Assembly (NCBI GenBank): GCA_029564175.1
Contig: JAKQQL010000359.1
Location: 1 to 13,091 of the forward strand
Length of the DNA: 13,091 nt
DNA from: Candidatus Cloacimonadota bacterium
GTDB lineage: Bacteria > Cloacimonadota > Cloacimonadia > Cloacimonadales > WRIO01
Reading direction: 5' to 3'
In this document: positions 1 through 7,494 of the stretch, piece after piece
Layout: the number at the start of each line of letters is the position of its first letter
Position numbering within the stretch: the stretch's first letter is position 1
Position numbers and translations under genes: made by a program
Notes under the pieces: generated by a model
Databases searched by the model: none
What the model saw: the letters and a program-made list of their open reading frames with translations, nothing else
Told to the model about the DNA's origin: nothing

Positions 1-41
1 GTGAGCAACTTGCTTGAAAATGACAAGGATGGTCGTTCTAC

Positions 42-72
42 AAAAAAAGGTGCAGTAAACACTGCACCTTTT
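42..72 (-). terminator. Rho-independent terminator downstream of the 574-aa gene, possibly bidirectional
   Basis: Inverted repeat AAAAGGTGCAGT (45-56), loop AAAC, ACTGCACCTTTT (61-72). The A7 run at 42-48 gives a U7 tail on the minus strand, 18 bp past the stop codon at 91. Confidence 0.9.
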
Positions 73-90
73 CTCTATCTTTATACAAGA

Positions 91-1815
91 TTAATATCTT
101 TTTAAAGGATCCAGCCAACCAAAGAGGTTAACAGGTAATTCACCTAATGAATAGGAGAAACCCGCTCTCAGCATTAAACCACCGAGGCGTAAATCTTCCC
201 ATGGACCATCTAAATCAGCTGCTGCCCAATCTTCAGAATAATCACCATATTCATAAGTTACACCAGTAGGCATCATCCCTAATTTATAGTCAGCACCGGC
301 CGTAAATTTCAAATCTTGATTGATCATCAAACTATAATCACAACCTAATTTTAAGCCCCAGGCATTCACTGTAAGAACCTGATCTCCTGTTACATAACCA
401 TTTGATGGATCATAATAAATGCCTGTCCAATCCAAAGCCAGCCGATCATAGCCACCCATTACATTGGCATGGAGGGCATTTCTGCCAAACCAGAATTTAC
501 GGCTAAGTCCACCATAAGCAGATAAAGTATAACATGACATATTGTCATTAGTTTCAAGTTCAGTACCTATTGGTGCACCGAAGCCCAGTTCTATATCCAG
601 GAAAGTCTGGCTGACGCCGATAATTGGTGCCAGATTATAGGCAAAGCCCATATTAAATGCGACCTGGTCGGTTACATCTTCTTTATAAATGTAGAGTTCC
701 TTTGGTATCATCATACCAGTCTGAAGACCTGCTTTGAAATTGACATCAATACCCAGTCTTGGATGCTCGCTGATAACAGAGCCTTCGTTCGCTTTTCCGT
801 AGAATAATTTAGCAGTTGATAACTCAGCAGTATTTTCACGGTTATCAGCTGTTTTGGTAATACGGGCAAAACCAACTTTTTTAGATTTAATTTTCCCATC
901 GCTGGTTTCGTAGTTTTCTAAAATAAAGAACCCGTCATCTAAATGAACGCCTTCTTTAAAACCAAGTCCCACACCAAATTCACCACCGCCACGGGTATCT
1001 GCAATCTGAGCTGAGAGCTTGAATTCTTCGATTTCTTTGGTTTTTACACCCAGATTTTTTGCCCATGCCTGAACCGCATCATACTGAGCATATTGTTCAA
1101 CAGTCGTTGGTAAGGATTCTGTACCAAAATCAAAATGACTATAATCTGCTTTGATTCCCATGACTTGTTTTGGGTTGCGATCAGATGATCCGATTCCCAT
1201 GGTGGTACTTGCTACACGAAGTTCCATATTGACTTTACCGTCAGGCGCTACTTTGACCTGATACCAGACAATACCGCCATTGATCATGACGCTGATTTTG
1301 CCTTCTTTTTCTGTCATTTCCATAGAGGAAATGTATGGCAGATAAACATAGGCTGAGTTCATCAGTTTCGCCAGTTCTTCAACGGTTAAGCCCATGGATT
1401 TACCTTTTGAACCAGCAAAGGTAGCACCCCAGGACTGGTCTTTCAGGTCTTTACCGCGTTGTTCCTGAATGGCAGGATCTTCAAGTATTTCTTTGATTTT
1501 AGTTCCAATCGTTTGATTCATAATATCAGCCAATGCCTGAGGAGTCAGAGCACCAGCACTGTTCGCCTGAGCACGGAAATCTTTTAATAACGGTTCTGGC
1601 AATTGATTATAATCAAATCTGTCAATCTGAATATAGAATTTTACCATTTTATCAAAAAAGGCATAATCAAACTGATCGATTCCTTTTAAAGCGCCTTTTT
1701 TAATCCAAACAGACTCAACCGTACTGATTGATTTTCTTTGATACTTGCCTTCCTGAGCAAAAAGTGTAAGACACATTGCCAGTAATAGCAGTATTAAAAC
1801 TAACTTTTTACACAT
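91..1815 (-). CDS. Exported hypothetical protein, probably outer-membrane: periplasmic N-terminal region, FlgT-C-like small beta domain, C-terminal beta-barrel-like region
   Basis: 574-aa ORF with RBS AAGGAG upstream and a signal peptide (MCKKLVLILLLLAMCLTLFA-Q). Segment VGLGFKEGVHLDDGFFIL...KVGFARITKT...STAKL resembles FlgT C-terminal-like domains. The last ~220 aa show alternating amphipathic strands (GIDVNFKAGL, FNMGFAYNL, LKLGCDYSL, LMLRAGFSYSL). Domain calls are by eye. Confidence 0.7.
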   Translation of the reverse strand: MCKKLVLILLLLAMCLTLFAQEGKYQRKSISTVESVWIKKGALKGIDQFDYAFFDKMVKFYIQIDRFDYNQLPEPLLKDFRAQANSAGALTPQALADIMNQTIGTKIKEILEDPAIQEQRGKDLKDQSWGATFAGSKGKSMGLTVEELAKLMNSAYVYLPYISSMEMTEKEGKISVMINGGIVWYQVKVAPDGKVNMELRVASTTMGIGSSDRNPKQVMGIKADYSHFDFGTESLPTTVEQYAQYDAVQAWAKNLGVKTKEIEEFKLSAQIADTRGGGEFGVGLGFKEGVHLDDGFFILENYETSDGKIKSKKVGFARITKTADNRENTAELSTAKLFYGKANEGSVISEHPRLGIDVNFKAGLQTGMMIPKELYIYKEDVTDQVAFNMGFAYNLAPIIGVSQTFLDIELGFGAPIGTELETNDNMSCYTLSAYGGLSRKFWFGRNALHANVMGGYDRLALDWTGIYYDPSNGYVTGDQVLTVNAWGLKLGCDYSLMINQDLKFTAGADYKLGMMPTGVTYEYGDYSEDWAAADLDGPWEDLRLGGLMLRAGFSYSLGELPVNLFGWLDPLKRY

Positions 1816-1853
1816 AGTCTCTCCTTTAAATATTTCCTCTTACCTGATTGTAT

Positions 1854-1886
1854 AAAAGGAGGTGTTTTAGGAAACACCTCCTTTTT
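1854..1886 (-). terminator. Strong intergenic hairpin (terminator or mRNA-stabilising stem)
   Basis: Perfect 14-bp inverted repeat AAAAGGAGGTGTTT (1854-1867), loop TAGG, AAACACCTCCTTTT (1872-1885), immediately after the stop at 1892. The minus-strand tail is only U4 followed by AUA. Confidence 0.8.
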
Positions 1887-1891
1887 AATCT

Positions 1892-4246
1892 TTATCTTTT
1901 CACACGTACTGCATCAAGTGGCACATCATAAGGCCATGCAGAAATAGTGATTTTCCCTTTGTAGTAATTTTCAAGATTAGTAACACGAACCAGTCTCCAT
2001 TGTTCAGTTTTTGCCTGTCTTTCATTTTCAGGTTTTTCTCCGTTATGGAATACAAAAACAATGTCACCTCTTTTGATATTGCTAATGTCTGCAGGTTTAG
2101 ATGCATAATAATATTGTGTCCAGACTTTAACGGCGCTTTCATGATCAAAAAGTTCTGCTTCGTTCTTTGTCTGAGCAGAAGCCATTGTCGTCATTTCACC
2201 TACACGACCCCACATTTCATTGTCATCATTGGTAAAAGGATCGGTACAATAAATATAGTCAATGTCTTTGAATCCATGTTTGTCTTTTGCTCCTGATGGT
2301 GCAGCAGCCTGTTTCTGAGCAGGGACACTGACTTCTGAACGTGGTGCAGGATTTTCAGCTTTCACACGAACCGCTTCCAGCTTCACTTTGTATGGCCATG
2401 CAGATAAAGAAATTTCTTCTTTAAACAGCTCTTCGGTATTGGTGACACGAACCATTTTCCATTGACCAGTCTTTGCCTGACGTTCATCCTGAGGTTTTTT
2501 CCCATTATGGAAAACAAAAACGATATCTCCGTCTTTGATGTTGTTAATCGCAGCAGGTACTGTCATATAGAAGAATTCAGACCAGATTTCAACTCCCTTA
2601 TCATGATCGAAGAATTTCGCCTGATTTTTAGTGGAAGCAGATGGTGATTCAACTAATCGACCAGGTCTTGTCCACATTTCGCGGGTTTCATTGGTAAATG
2701 GTTTTTGAGCATAAAGATAATCATCCGGACCAAACCAATGGACATCTTTTTCTCCTGCCGGTTTTCTAGTTGGCTGAGTGGTAACTGGATTTTCACGTTC
2801 TACATATACAGTCTTTTCTCTTTCGATATAGACTGGTTTTTCAACCACTTTTTCAACGACGACCGGTTCTGCTGATGCAGCTCTTAATAACGCAGCCTGA
2901 ATCTTAGATTCTGAAGCAGCCAGCATTTGTTTCAGTTCACGTGCGTTGATGTTGATGTTTTCATAAGCTTTCTGAATGGCTTCGGCTTCGCTTTTTGAAG
3001 ACATGCCTTTACCAGAAGCGGTAATCGTGCCAAGTACTTCTTTGGTACGGATAATCATAAACTGAATATCCATTTCAACGATCGCTAAATGTTGAGAAGA
3101 ACCACTGCCTTCGACCATTTTAGTATCTTTGACAGATAAAGTGCCACTCATCATTAACGGTGAAACAGTGTTTACCTGGACATTGTTATCATTCAGCACT
3201 TTTGTCAGACGACGTTCAACCTTATCTTGTTTAACACCCTTAGAATCTTTGGCAGAGACCTGAACGACTACCTCGCCGGTCTCAGATGTTTTAAAGAAGG
3301 CATCCGCACTGACATTATTCAAAGTTGCGTTAAAATAAGGAGGTAAATTGAAGGCATCCATTTTGATGACGATCTTGCCTTTATCTCCCTGTGTGGGAGT
3401 CGCCATGACGTTTACTGAGAACAGACCTTCATTATCAGTCAGACCTTTTTCAATCAGCTGACCATCAGAATAGCTGACACGAACTGGTATCCCGCTGATT
3501 CCGACACTTTCGCCGGTACGAGGGTTACGGGTTGAGGCTTTAAATACGACTGGTTCTGGTAACTGAGAACCTTTTTTTGCATTCTGCTGATTACCGGATA
3601 CCACGTCAAATCTCACTGATGCAAGCACTTTACGGATATTGCTGTCTATACTGTTGACGGTAATATCTTCACTGATCGCATAAGGCTTATCAGCAAAACT
3701 GTCATAGAGGGCTTTTTTAGTGTAAAATTCAGGGATAATCCCTTGGGCATCGGTATAGTTTTTAATGGCTAATACGATTTTGCCCTGACCTGTCAGATTT
3801 TGAGCATCATTCACCAGTGTTTTTACAGAAGCACTTAGCTTATCCAGCTCGCCTCTGAGAGAATTGAGCATTGTCATCTTAGAAACAGAAACCATGACAA
3901 ACCAGGTATTCTTTTCTTTTACTTCATTATCGACTTTCATGCCCTGAACGGTCTGATCAACCGTCATTTTGGTAGCTTTCTGAATCGATTCGGTATAGTA
4001 TTCTTTTCCATCAGTTTCAATGCTTTTTGCTGCTAATTCTGTGGTGGATTGAACTTTAACAGAAATTTGCTGAAGGAGATCAGTTTTCGCATTGCTAAGT
4101 GCCTGGTCACGGGATGAGCCTGAACCCAAGCCGATAATCACTTCACCGGTATCATAAGTTTGTCTGGCAGATTCATACCATTTAGGCGTTGCCACGCAAG
4201 CCACTACCATAGATAGAATCAGCAGGATGAATATGAGTTTTTTCAT
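1892..4246 (-). CDS. Multidomain lipoprotein: LPP20-like N-terminal domain, Ig-like (Big_1/invasin-type) module, alpha/beta domain, and two tandem C-terminal repeat domains
   Basis: 784-aa ORF with RBS GAGGAG and lipobox VVA-C17. PKWY...IIGLGSGSSRDQALSNAKTDLLQQISVKVQS is LPP20-like. VSGNQQNAKKGSQLPEPVVF...GIPVRV...TDNEG is Big_1-like. Linker VVEKVVEKPVYIEREKTVYVER precedes the duplicated domain. Confidence 0.8.
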   Translation of the reverse strand: MKKLIFILLILSMVVACVATPKWYESARQTYDTGEVIIGLGSGSSRDQALSNAKTDLLQQISVKVQSTTELAAKSIETDGKEYYTESIQKATKMTVDQTVQGMKVDNEVKEKNTWFVMVSVSKMTMLNSLRGELDKLSASVKTLVNDAQNLTGQGKIVLAIKNYTDAQGIIPEFYTKKALYDSFADKPYAISEDITVNSIDSNIRKVLASVRFDVVSGNQQNAKKGSQLPEPVVFKASTRNPRTGESVGISGIPVRVSYSDGQLIEKGLTDNEGLFSVNVMATPTQGDKGKIVIKMDAFNLPPYFNATLNNVSADAFFKTSETGEVVVQVSAKDSKGVKQDKVERRLTKVLNDNNVQVNTVSPLMMSGTLSVKDTKMVEGSGSSQHLAIVEMDIQFMIIRTKEVLGTITASGKGMSSKSEAEAIQKAYENININARELKQMLAASESKIQAALLRAASAEPVVVEKVVEKPVYIEREKTVYVERENPVTTQPTRKPAGEKDVHWFGPDDYLYAQKPFTNETREMWTRPGRLVESPSASTKNQAKFFDHDKGVEIWSEFFYMTVPAAINNIKDGDIVFVFHNGKKPQDERQAKTGQWKMVRVTNTEELFKEEISLSAWPYKVKLEAVRVKAENPAPRSEVSVPAQKQAAAPSGAKDKHGFKDIDYIYCTDPFTNDDNEMWGRVGEMTTMASAQTKNEAELFDHESAVKVWTQYYYASKPADISNIKRGDIVFVFHNGEKPENERQAKTEQWRLVRVTNLENYYKGKITISAWPYDVPLDAVRVKR
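1895..2749 (-). repeat. Intragenic duplication of a ~130-aa domain (copies ~2360-2749 and ~1895-2287)
   Basis: Shared motifs in both copies: KDxH, DY(L/I)Y, PFTN, EMWxR, SAxTKN, FDH, NIKxGDIVFVFHNGxKPxxERQAKTxQW, VRVTN, SAWPYxVxLxAVRVK. Confidence 0.9.
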
Positions 4247-4257
4247 AAGCTCCTCAA

Positions 4258-5523
4258 TTAATCAATTTTTAATAAGATTAATTTACGGTTGGTCGTAACA
4301 GGTCTGATTTTTGAACCAAATGCTGAACTGTCAAATTCTTTACGAATATCTCTGAGTAAACGGCGAGAACTTTCATATTTTGCAGGATCACACCAGATGA
4401 TATAATCCATCGTTTGTTTGGTTGCAATATTTTCTTTTGAACGTTTTGAGAATTTCTTTACAACATCCATGAAGAGGTCTTGAATATCAAGGACTTCATC
4501 TTCTGATAATGAAGGATTGATACTGATGACAAATTTGTACTGAACACCATTGCGTAAATCTTCTCTCCAGTAGGTATCTACACGGTTTAATACATTGTCA
4601 ACAGCGGTATTCATTGCTTCTTCGATAGAAAGGAGAGATTCTCCCTGACGCGCATTGCTGTAGCCGGTTTCAGTTCCCAGCAGTCTGCCGGTAGTCGTTT
4701 CAAAAGCACGAACATTCATAGCAAATTTTTTGGTATTATAGCCGGCATCTTCATAAGCGCCTGAATAAGTTACATATACGTCTGAGCCGATAGAAAGTGC
4801 TAATTTGTATGCCATATCTTCCTGACGATCGCCCAACATCATCTGCGCTTCGTTTAATGAGTTGATGCTTTCAATCTGTTGTGGCACAATCACTTCATAC
4901 TGTTTTGCAGTTAAATGAGATTCAACAACAGATGCGGCATGTTTTAACACAGGATTGTTACGGAGTTCATCAACTGGATTTTTCCCTTTTGCCACTTCAG
5001 GAATCACCATTAACTGTGGTCTTCCCAACGCATCAGCGACTTCCTGACGGCTATCGAGTACTTTGAAGTTTTCTAAATCACGTCTGAGGATTTCTTTATT
5101 GACTTTGAAACGTTTGGTAATTTTGACACCAAGTCCCTTGTCTATCATCACTTTAGATTTTAACTGAGGATCCTCATAAGAGATGTAACGATTGACATTT
5201 GCCATGTCAAAGAAATAGCTGACATGAGCTTCCATACGTGTAATTTCTGGAGAATTTTTTAGAAGAGGGTCAGTTCCACCATACAATACAAAATAAACGG
5301 CTGCTTTTTTTGCATCGTCAATTGCACGTGTTACACCAAATTTTTCTACTTCCTTTTTTTTCTTGTGAGTGTATATACCGGTTGCTTCAACCAGTACTTC
5401 TGCAGATGATACAGCTTCAACCAGGGAAGCCTGTTTGGATTCGGGTAATTGAGCGTTAACCTGAGATGGAATCAGTACCAAAATTGATAATAATGTGATT
5501 AAGATTGCGATTGAAAAGCGCAT
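4258..5523 (-). CDS. Exported protein, DUF6175-like family
   Basis: 421-aa ORF with RBS AAGGAG and a signal peptide ending VNA-Q. AIDDAKKAAVYFVLYGG, PQLMVIP and VRAFETTTGRLLGTETG resemble DUF6175/CsgG-like folds. Its stop lies 11 bp from the next start codon, consistent with an operon. Confidence 0.65.
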   Translation of the reverse strand: MRFSIAILITLLSILVLIPSQVNAQLPESKQASLVEAVSSAEVLVEATGIYTHKKKKEVEKFGVTRAIDDAKKAAVYFVLYGGTDPLLKNSPEITRMEAHVSYFFDMANVNRYISYEDPQLKSKVMIDKGLGVKITKRFKVNKEILRRDLENFKVLDSRQEVADALGRPQLMVIPEVAKGKNPVDELRNNPVLKHAASVVESHLTAKQYEVIVPQQIESINSLNEAQMMLGDRQEDMAYKLALSIGSDVYVTYSGAYEDAGYNTKKFAMNVRAFETTTGRLLGTETGYSNARQGESLLSIEEAMNTAVDNVLNRVDTYWREDLRNGVQYKFVISINPSLSEDEVLDIQDLFMDVVKKFSKRSKENIATKQTMDYIIWCDPAKYESSRRLLRDIRKEFDSSAFGSKIRPVTTNRKLILLKID

Positions 5524-5555
5524 AATCTTCTCCTTTCCATTTTTCCTGTTTACAA

Positions 5556-5584
5556 TAATTACATAACAAAGGTCTTTGTGTCAA
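5556..5584 (-). promoter_or_regulatory. Possible sigma70 promoter of the envelope cluster
   Basis: Perfect TTGACA on the minus strand (5584-5579), but only a weak -10 candidate (TAATTA at 17-bp spacing). Confidence 0.35.
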
Positions 5585-5751
5585 GTTTATTTTTACATTT
5601 TTGAGTTTTTTTTCTGAAAATTGTCCATTTTTACTTTGCTTATGACTTTGTAATACCTCCGGTTCTCTGCATTAACTAATTGTGATATAATCCTTTGATG
5701 CTGGATTTCCTTCGATTATTTTAAAAATCTTCTCACTTTTTAAAATTTAAT

Positions 5752-5780
5752 TTGACAAATCATATCAATTTGTGTACAAT
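5752..5780 (+). promoter_or_regulatory. Sigma70-type promoter of the chemoreceptor gene
   Basis: TTGACA (5752-5757), 17-bp spacer, TACAAT (5775-5780), followed by RBS GGAGG and ATG at 5809. Confidence 0.8.
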
Positions 5781-5808
5781 ATTATTAATTACATTATGGG
5801 GAGGAAAG

Positions 5809-7380
5809 ATGCAGTCAAGACTCGAAGATATCCTTGAAACGATAAAAAAAGTGCAATTAATTGTAACGAATATGGCGAATAACGATTTATCTGTTAAATT
5901 TGAAAAGACTAAAACACCTGAAATGCAGGAGCTTGTTGGTTCTTTAGAATCTATGCGTCATAATCTGGCTGAAATCATAGCAGAAATCAGCTCTGATTCA
6001 GGAAGTCTGTTAACTTCTGCTGAAGAGCTTCATAACCTGTCTGAAAAAGTGCAGACAACCTCCAAACACATGAATCAAAAGGCTGAACAGGTCGCTCATG
6101 CGACCAACGAGATGACTGATAATATGAACAGTGTCTCGGCAGCTGCGGAAGAACTCAGTACCAATATGGCGACTGTTGCCAATAATGCCAATGAATCTGC
6201 TCAAAATATCAATAGTGTGGCTGCTGCAACTGAAGAAATGACTGCTACTATTTCAGAAATTGCAAATAATGCAGATAAAGCGAAAAATATTGTCGATTCT
6301 GCTGTTTCCAGTGTCAAAAATGCTACGCATAAAATCGAAGAGCTCAATAAAGCTACAAAAGAAATCAATGCGGTAACCTCCTCAATCGCAGGAATTTCTG
6401 AACAAACAAAGTTGCTGGCACTGAATGCAACCATTGAAGCGGCTCGTGCTGGTGAAGCCGGTGTGCGTTTTGCAGTTGTCGCCAGCGAAGTCAAAGCACT
6501 TGCAGTTGAAACCAATAAAGCGACTTCTGAAATCAGAAATAAAGTCAATGCCATGCTGAATGCTGCGGAAGCCACTATCAATGAGATCTCCAGTATCCAT
6601 AAAGTTATCAATTCAGTGAATGAAATTGTGGCCAATATTGCCATTTCTGTGGACATGCAGTCTGACACAACCAAAGAGATTGCTTCCAGCATCACTCATG
6701 CAGCTCACGGAATTGTAGAAGTGACGAATGCAGTAAACGAAGCGAACTTTGCTGTCAGGGAAGTCGCAAAGAATATCACTGAAGCAGCTACTCTGGCTAA
6801 TGATGTTGCAGGAGCCATCAATTCTGTATCCAGTGACAGTGTGAAGCTTAAAGACAATGCGACCATGCTCTATGTTGGCGCTATGGAGGTGAATAGTCGT
6901 GGTTCTGACCTCAACAGAATGGTCGATATGATTAAATTACCTCATGATTTGGCCTCTAAAAAGAGTAAGACAAATCTCTTATTTAAATTTTCTGAACCTT
7001 TTAGAGTGGATGTTAAGGATATGGACACTCAACATATCGGTATCTTTGATTTTATCAATCGAATCCATGCAGCCCTTAAGCAAAATAAAGGGCATGGCGA
7101 AATCTCACGTATTGTTACAGATATGAGAAACTTTACCTCAAAACATTTTAAAGAGGAAGAAGTACTGATGAGAAAAATCAATTATCGGGATCTGGATAAA
7201 CAGATTTCAGCTCATAATAACCTCATCAGCAGAGTTGATCAGATCATCAATCAGTTTAACTCAAATCAGGAAGTGAATATGATTGAAGTCATGGTATTCC
7301 TGAAAGACTGGCTGGTAGGTCATATAATGGGTATGGATAAAAAATACGCCCCATTTATGCATGATAAAAATATTTATTAA
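5809..7380 (+). CDS. Cytoplasmic methyl-accepting chemotaxis protein with C-terminal bacteriohemerythrin domain
   Basis: Start reassigned to ATG 5809 (RBS GGAGG; 523 aa). Contains the MCP signature QTKLLALNATIEAARAGEAG..FAVVASEVKALA, an N-terminal HAMP-like segment and no transmembrane helix. Hemerythrin motifs: MDTQH, HFKEEE, AH, WLVGHIMGMD. Confidence 0.92.
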   Translation: MQSRLEDILETIKKVQLIVTNMANNDLSVKFEKTKTPEMQELVGSLESMRHNLAEIIAEISSDSGSLLTSAEELHNLSEKVQTTSKHMNQKAEQVAHATNEMTDNMNSVSAAAEELSTNMATVANNANESAQNINSVAAATEEMTATISEIANNADKAKNIVDSAVSSVKNATHKIEELNKATKEINAVTSSIAGISEQTKLLALNATIEAARAGEAGVRFAVVASEVKALAVETNKATSEIRNKVNAMLNAAEATINEISSIHKVINSVNEIVANIAISVDMQSDTTKEIASSITHAAHGIVEVTNAVNEANFAVREVAKNITEAATLANDVAGAINSVSSDSVKLKDNATMLYVGAMEVNSRGSDLNRMVDMIKLPHDLASKKSKTNLLFKFSEPFRVDVKDMDTQHIGIFDFINRIHAALKQNKGHGEISRIVTDMRNFTSKHFKEEEVLMRKINYRDLDKQISAHNNLISRVDQIINQFNSNQEVNMIEVMVFLKDWLVGHIMGMDKKYAPFMHDKNIY

Positions 7381-7399
7381 AGACTGAATAAAACAATTT

Positions 7400-7430
7400 A
7401 AGCGGAGTATCTATACTCCGCTTTATTATT
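7400..7430. terminator. Terminator between the convergent chemoreceptor and kinase genes
   Basis: AAGCGGAGTAT (7400-7410) and ATACTCCGCTT (7413-7423) form an inverted repeat with a T-rich tail on the plus strand. Confidence 0.8.
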
Positions 7431-7494
7431 TTATCGCTTATTTTTTAAAAACCTGATTAATTTATCTTTCTACTCAGAGAATAGCCAGGGGGGA

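Noticed and set aside
1895..2749. Duplicated region as a diversity-generating retroelement template/variable repeat pair
   Set aside because: Both copies are in-frame coding, are diverged at all base types rather than only at adenines, and no reverse transcriptase is in the window.
5752..5808. TTG start and 19-aa N-terminal extension of the chemoreceptor
   Set aside because: The TTG is part of the -35 box TTGACA; the RBS points to ATG 5809.
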